NCBI GenBank assembly: GCA_051362555.1
Contig: CM120649.1
Coordinates: forward strand, 15,004,001-15,068,000
Length of the DNA: 64,000 nt
From: Lingula anatina
Taxonomy: Eukaryota > Animalia > Brachiopoda
Direction: 5' to 3'
This document shows positions 62,361 through 64,000 of the stretch, in pieces (the first letter of the stretch is position 1; the number at the start of each line of letters is the position of its first letter). The position numbers and the translations under genes are program-made. The notes under the pieces were generated by a model. It was not told the origin of the DNA, made no database searches, and worked only from the letters and a program-made list of their open reading frames with translations.

Positions 62361-64000
62361 TAATTTTTGCCATAATTACCCCAAAAATATCTATACAAAA
62401 ACAATGTTAACCACGCATTTTCATTTCCGTTAATCACGATGAAATCAATTTGTCGATTAGAAATCAACAGATGTGACTTACTCTGATGCCACTTTTAATG
62501 GACGCAACATCAGCTTTACTGTGGCTTAAATCTCCCTGCAGAGCACTTATCTTGCTGGACATGTCCTGCTGCAAGTCCTGTAATATTATCATTTTATCAT
62601 ATTTCATTCCGTATAGATTAAATTGGTAGATTTCTGTATTAATATCAATTAATACATGACATTAATATAGCAGCTGTATTAATATAATCGTCAGGAAATT
62701 GATTTTCTGTATATGCAGATTGCACGTTACAACGAATGAAGCTAAGGCCATACAAGTAATTTAAAGGGGGCCTTTTGAAATAACCTTTTTGGATATTCTT
62801 TGTAAATAATTAGAGTATCAGATGCAGTTGTTGCAGATAAAACGTTGACGTCATCTACTGAAGTACTGGTTGACAACGTACATGTATACAGCTTAATAAT
62901 GACAATATTTGCATAAATAAGTGCTCCAGAAAGGTTTACCGTTTTACTCTGGTCCAGCTTTGCTTCAAGAAGATCCAGTCGATGCCTACTGCGTTCAATC
63001 GCGTCATTTAAACTGTGTCTGATACTGGAAAAATTCTGTTGAAATAGAACAAAAATTAAATGCCGGAGCTTAGGATTAAACATGCTCTGTACACTGTCGC
63101 TTACGTCCAACAACAGGACAAATAAGTTTATTGTTTTTTTTATATTCTTGATTTATCTTTGAAAACACTCTCACTGTTAGTAGTACCTATACATACTTGA
63201 CATTTGCTTATTTTAAAGCCTCTGGCTAGAAAAAAAAAAGTATTATTATTCTCATTTGCTTAACTTACTTGCTGCATTAACAGCTCCAGCCTAGCCATCT
63301 TCCTAAAAGCCTCAGCTGTGCGGTTGTCGTTGTTATTTACCTTCCCACCGAGTCTTTCTACTTCTGCTACCAGTAACTGGAATACGAAATGTCACATCTT
63401 TTACAAATTGAAGCCTTGCAAAATGCTACGACGATTATTTCTTTAACATACATGTATATGAGGGACAAAAATTACTGTAATACTCATTCGAATTTTTGCA
63501 TTAATTCAACATCAGCAATATCTTTTTGCAGTTATCAAATGATATGTATTAATGCGTAAAATATTGAAAGAGATCTTTAAAAAAACAGCTGCTGACTTCT
63601 TAAGCTTGTAGCAATTATAAACAAAGCGCGACAATTCAAGATGGCATCGATTCAATGAACACGAGAGGTTGCAACACTCACCTCGTGATCTTGCATTAGA
63701 CTCTGAAATGAAAAGAAAAAATAATTTGTTACCAGTTTATGTTATGCAATTACCAAATATTACTTAAAGTTTAGAGAAAAAGTTCCTTTGGAGACATCAT
63801 TTTATTTAATATATTCTGTACCCGTCTTACGCGTTTCCCGGAAACCATGATATTACACATGCCAAACGTGAGGATTAGGTGACGTGGTGTTTAATACCAC
63901 AGGCAGGAAAATATTCAACAAAAAATCGCGTTTATTTAAAACAGAAAATGACATAAATACCGTTGCCCATTCACACATGACAGTGATCCGATCAATGCAA
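61000..64000. repeat. Segmental duplication, copy 2 (continues past window end)
   Basis: Collinear with 48895-53545, but lacks the MITE and two of the three tandem units. Has a private 46-bp tandem duplication at 61303-61394. Confidence 0.92.
62069..63702 (-). CDS. Tetherin-topology protein paralogue 2 (3' five exons; 5' part lies beyond the window)
   Basis: Exons 63702-63682 (SLMQDHE), 63376-63269, 63035-62940, 62577-62482 and 62188-62069 (ELRGKYDRLALALSGSTLLQASMTTLPLLFVSVFAPLFM*). Splice sites are intact and there are no stops. Confidence 0.85.

Overview
AT-rich, intron-containing animal genomic DNA. The gene content suggests a lophotrochozoan invertebrate, probably a mollusc, but this cannot be proven from the window. 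Exons were assembled by hand from splice sites and phase continuity. From left to right the window holds: (1) a secreted amphipathic-helix, apolipoprotein-like precursor with an RSRR furin site (-); (2,3) two tandem MOXD1/DBH-like copper monooxygenases (+), one ending without a membrane anchor and one with a GPI-like tail and an extra intron; (4) an RFX4/6/8-type transcription factor (-); (5) IWS1 (-); (6) a ~1086-aa multi-pass membrane protein of unknown function, head-to-head with IWS1 (+); (7,8) two tandem paralogues of an unannotated gene built from phase-0 exons (-), with an orphan trypsin-like protease exon between them. The complete paralogue encodes a cytoplasmic tail, a single type II TM helix, an N-glycosylated coiled coil and a C-terminal GPI-type signal. 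This is the tetherin/BST2 topology. The two copies differ in coiled-coil length through exon-block duplication, and an ISRE-like motif and kB-like motifs lie upstream. This is the main novel candidate. Several MITEs and a decayed THAP-DDE (Harbinger-type) transposase are also present.
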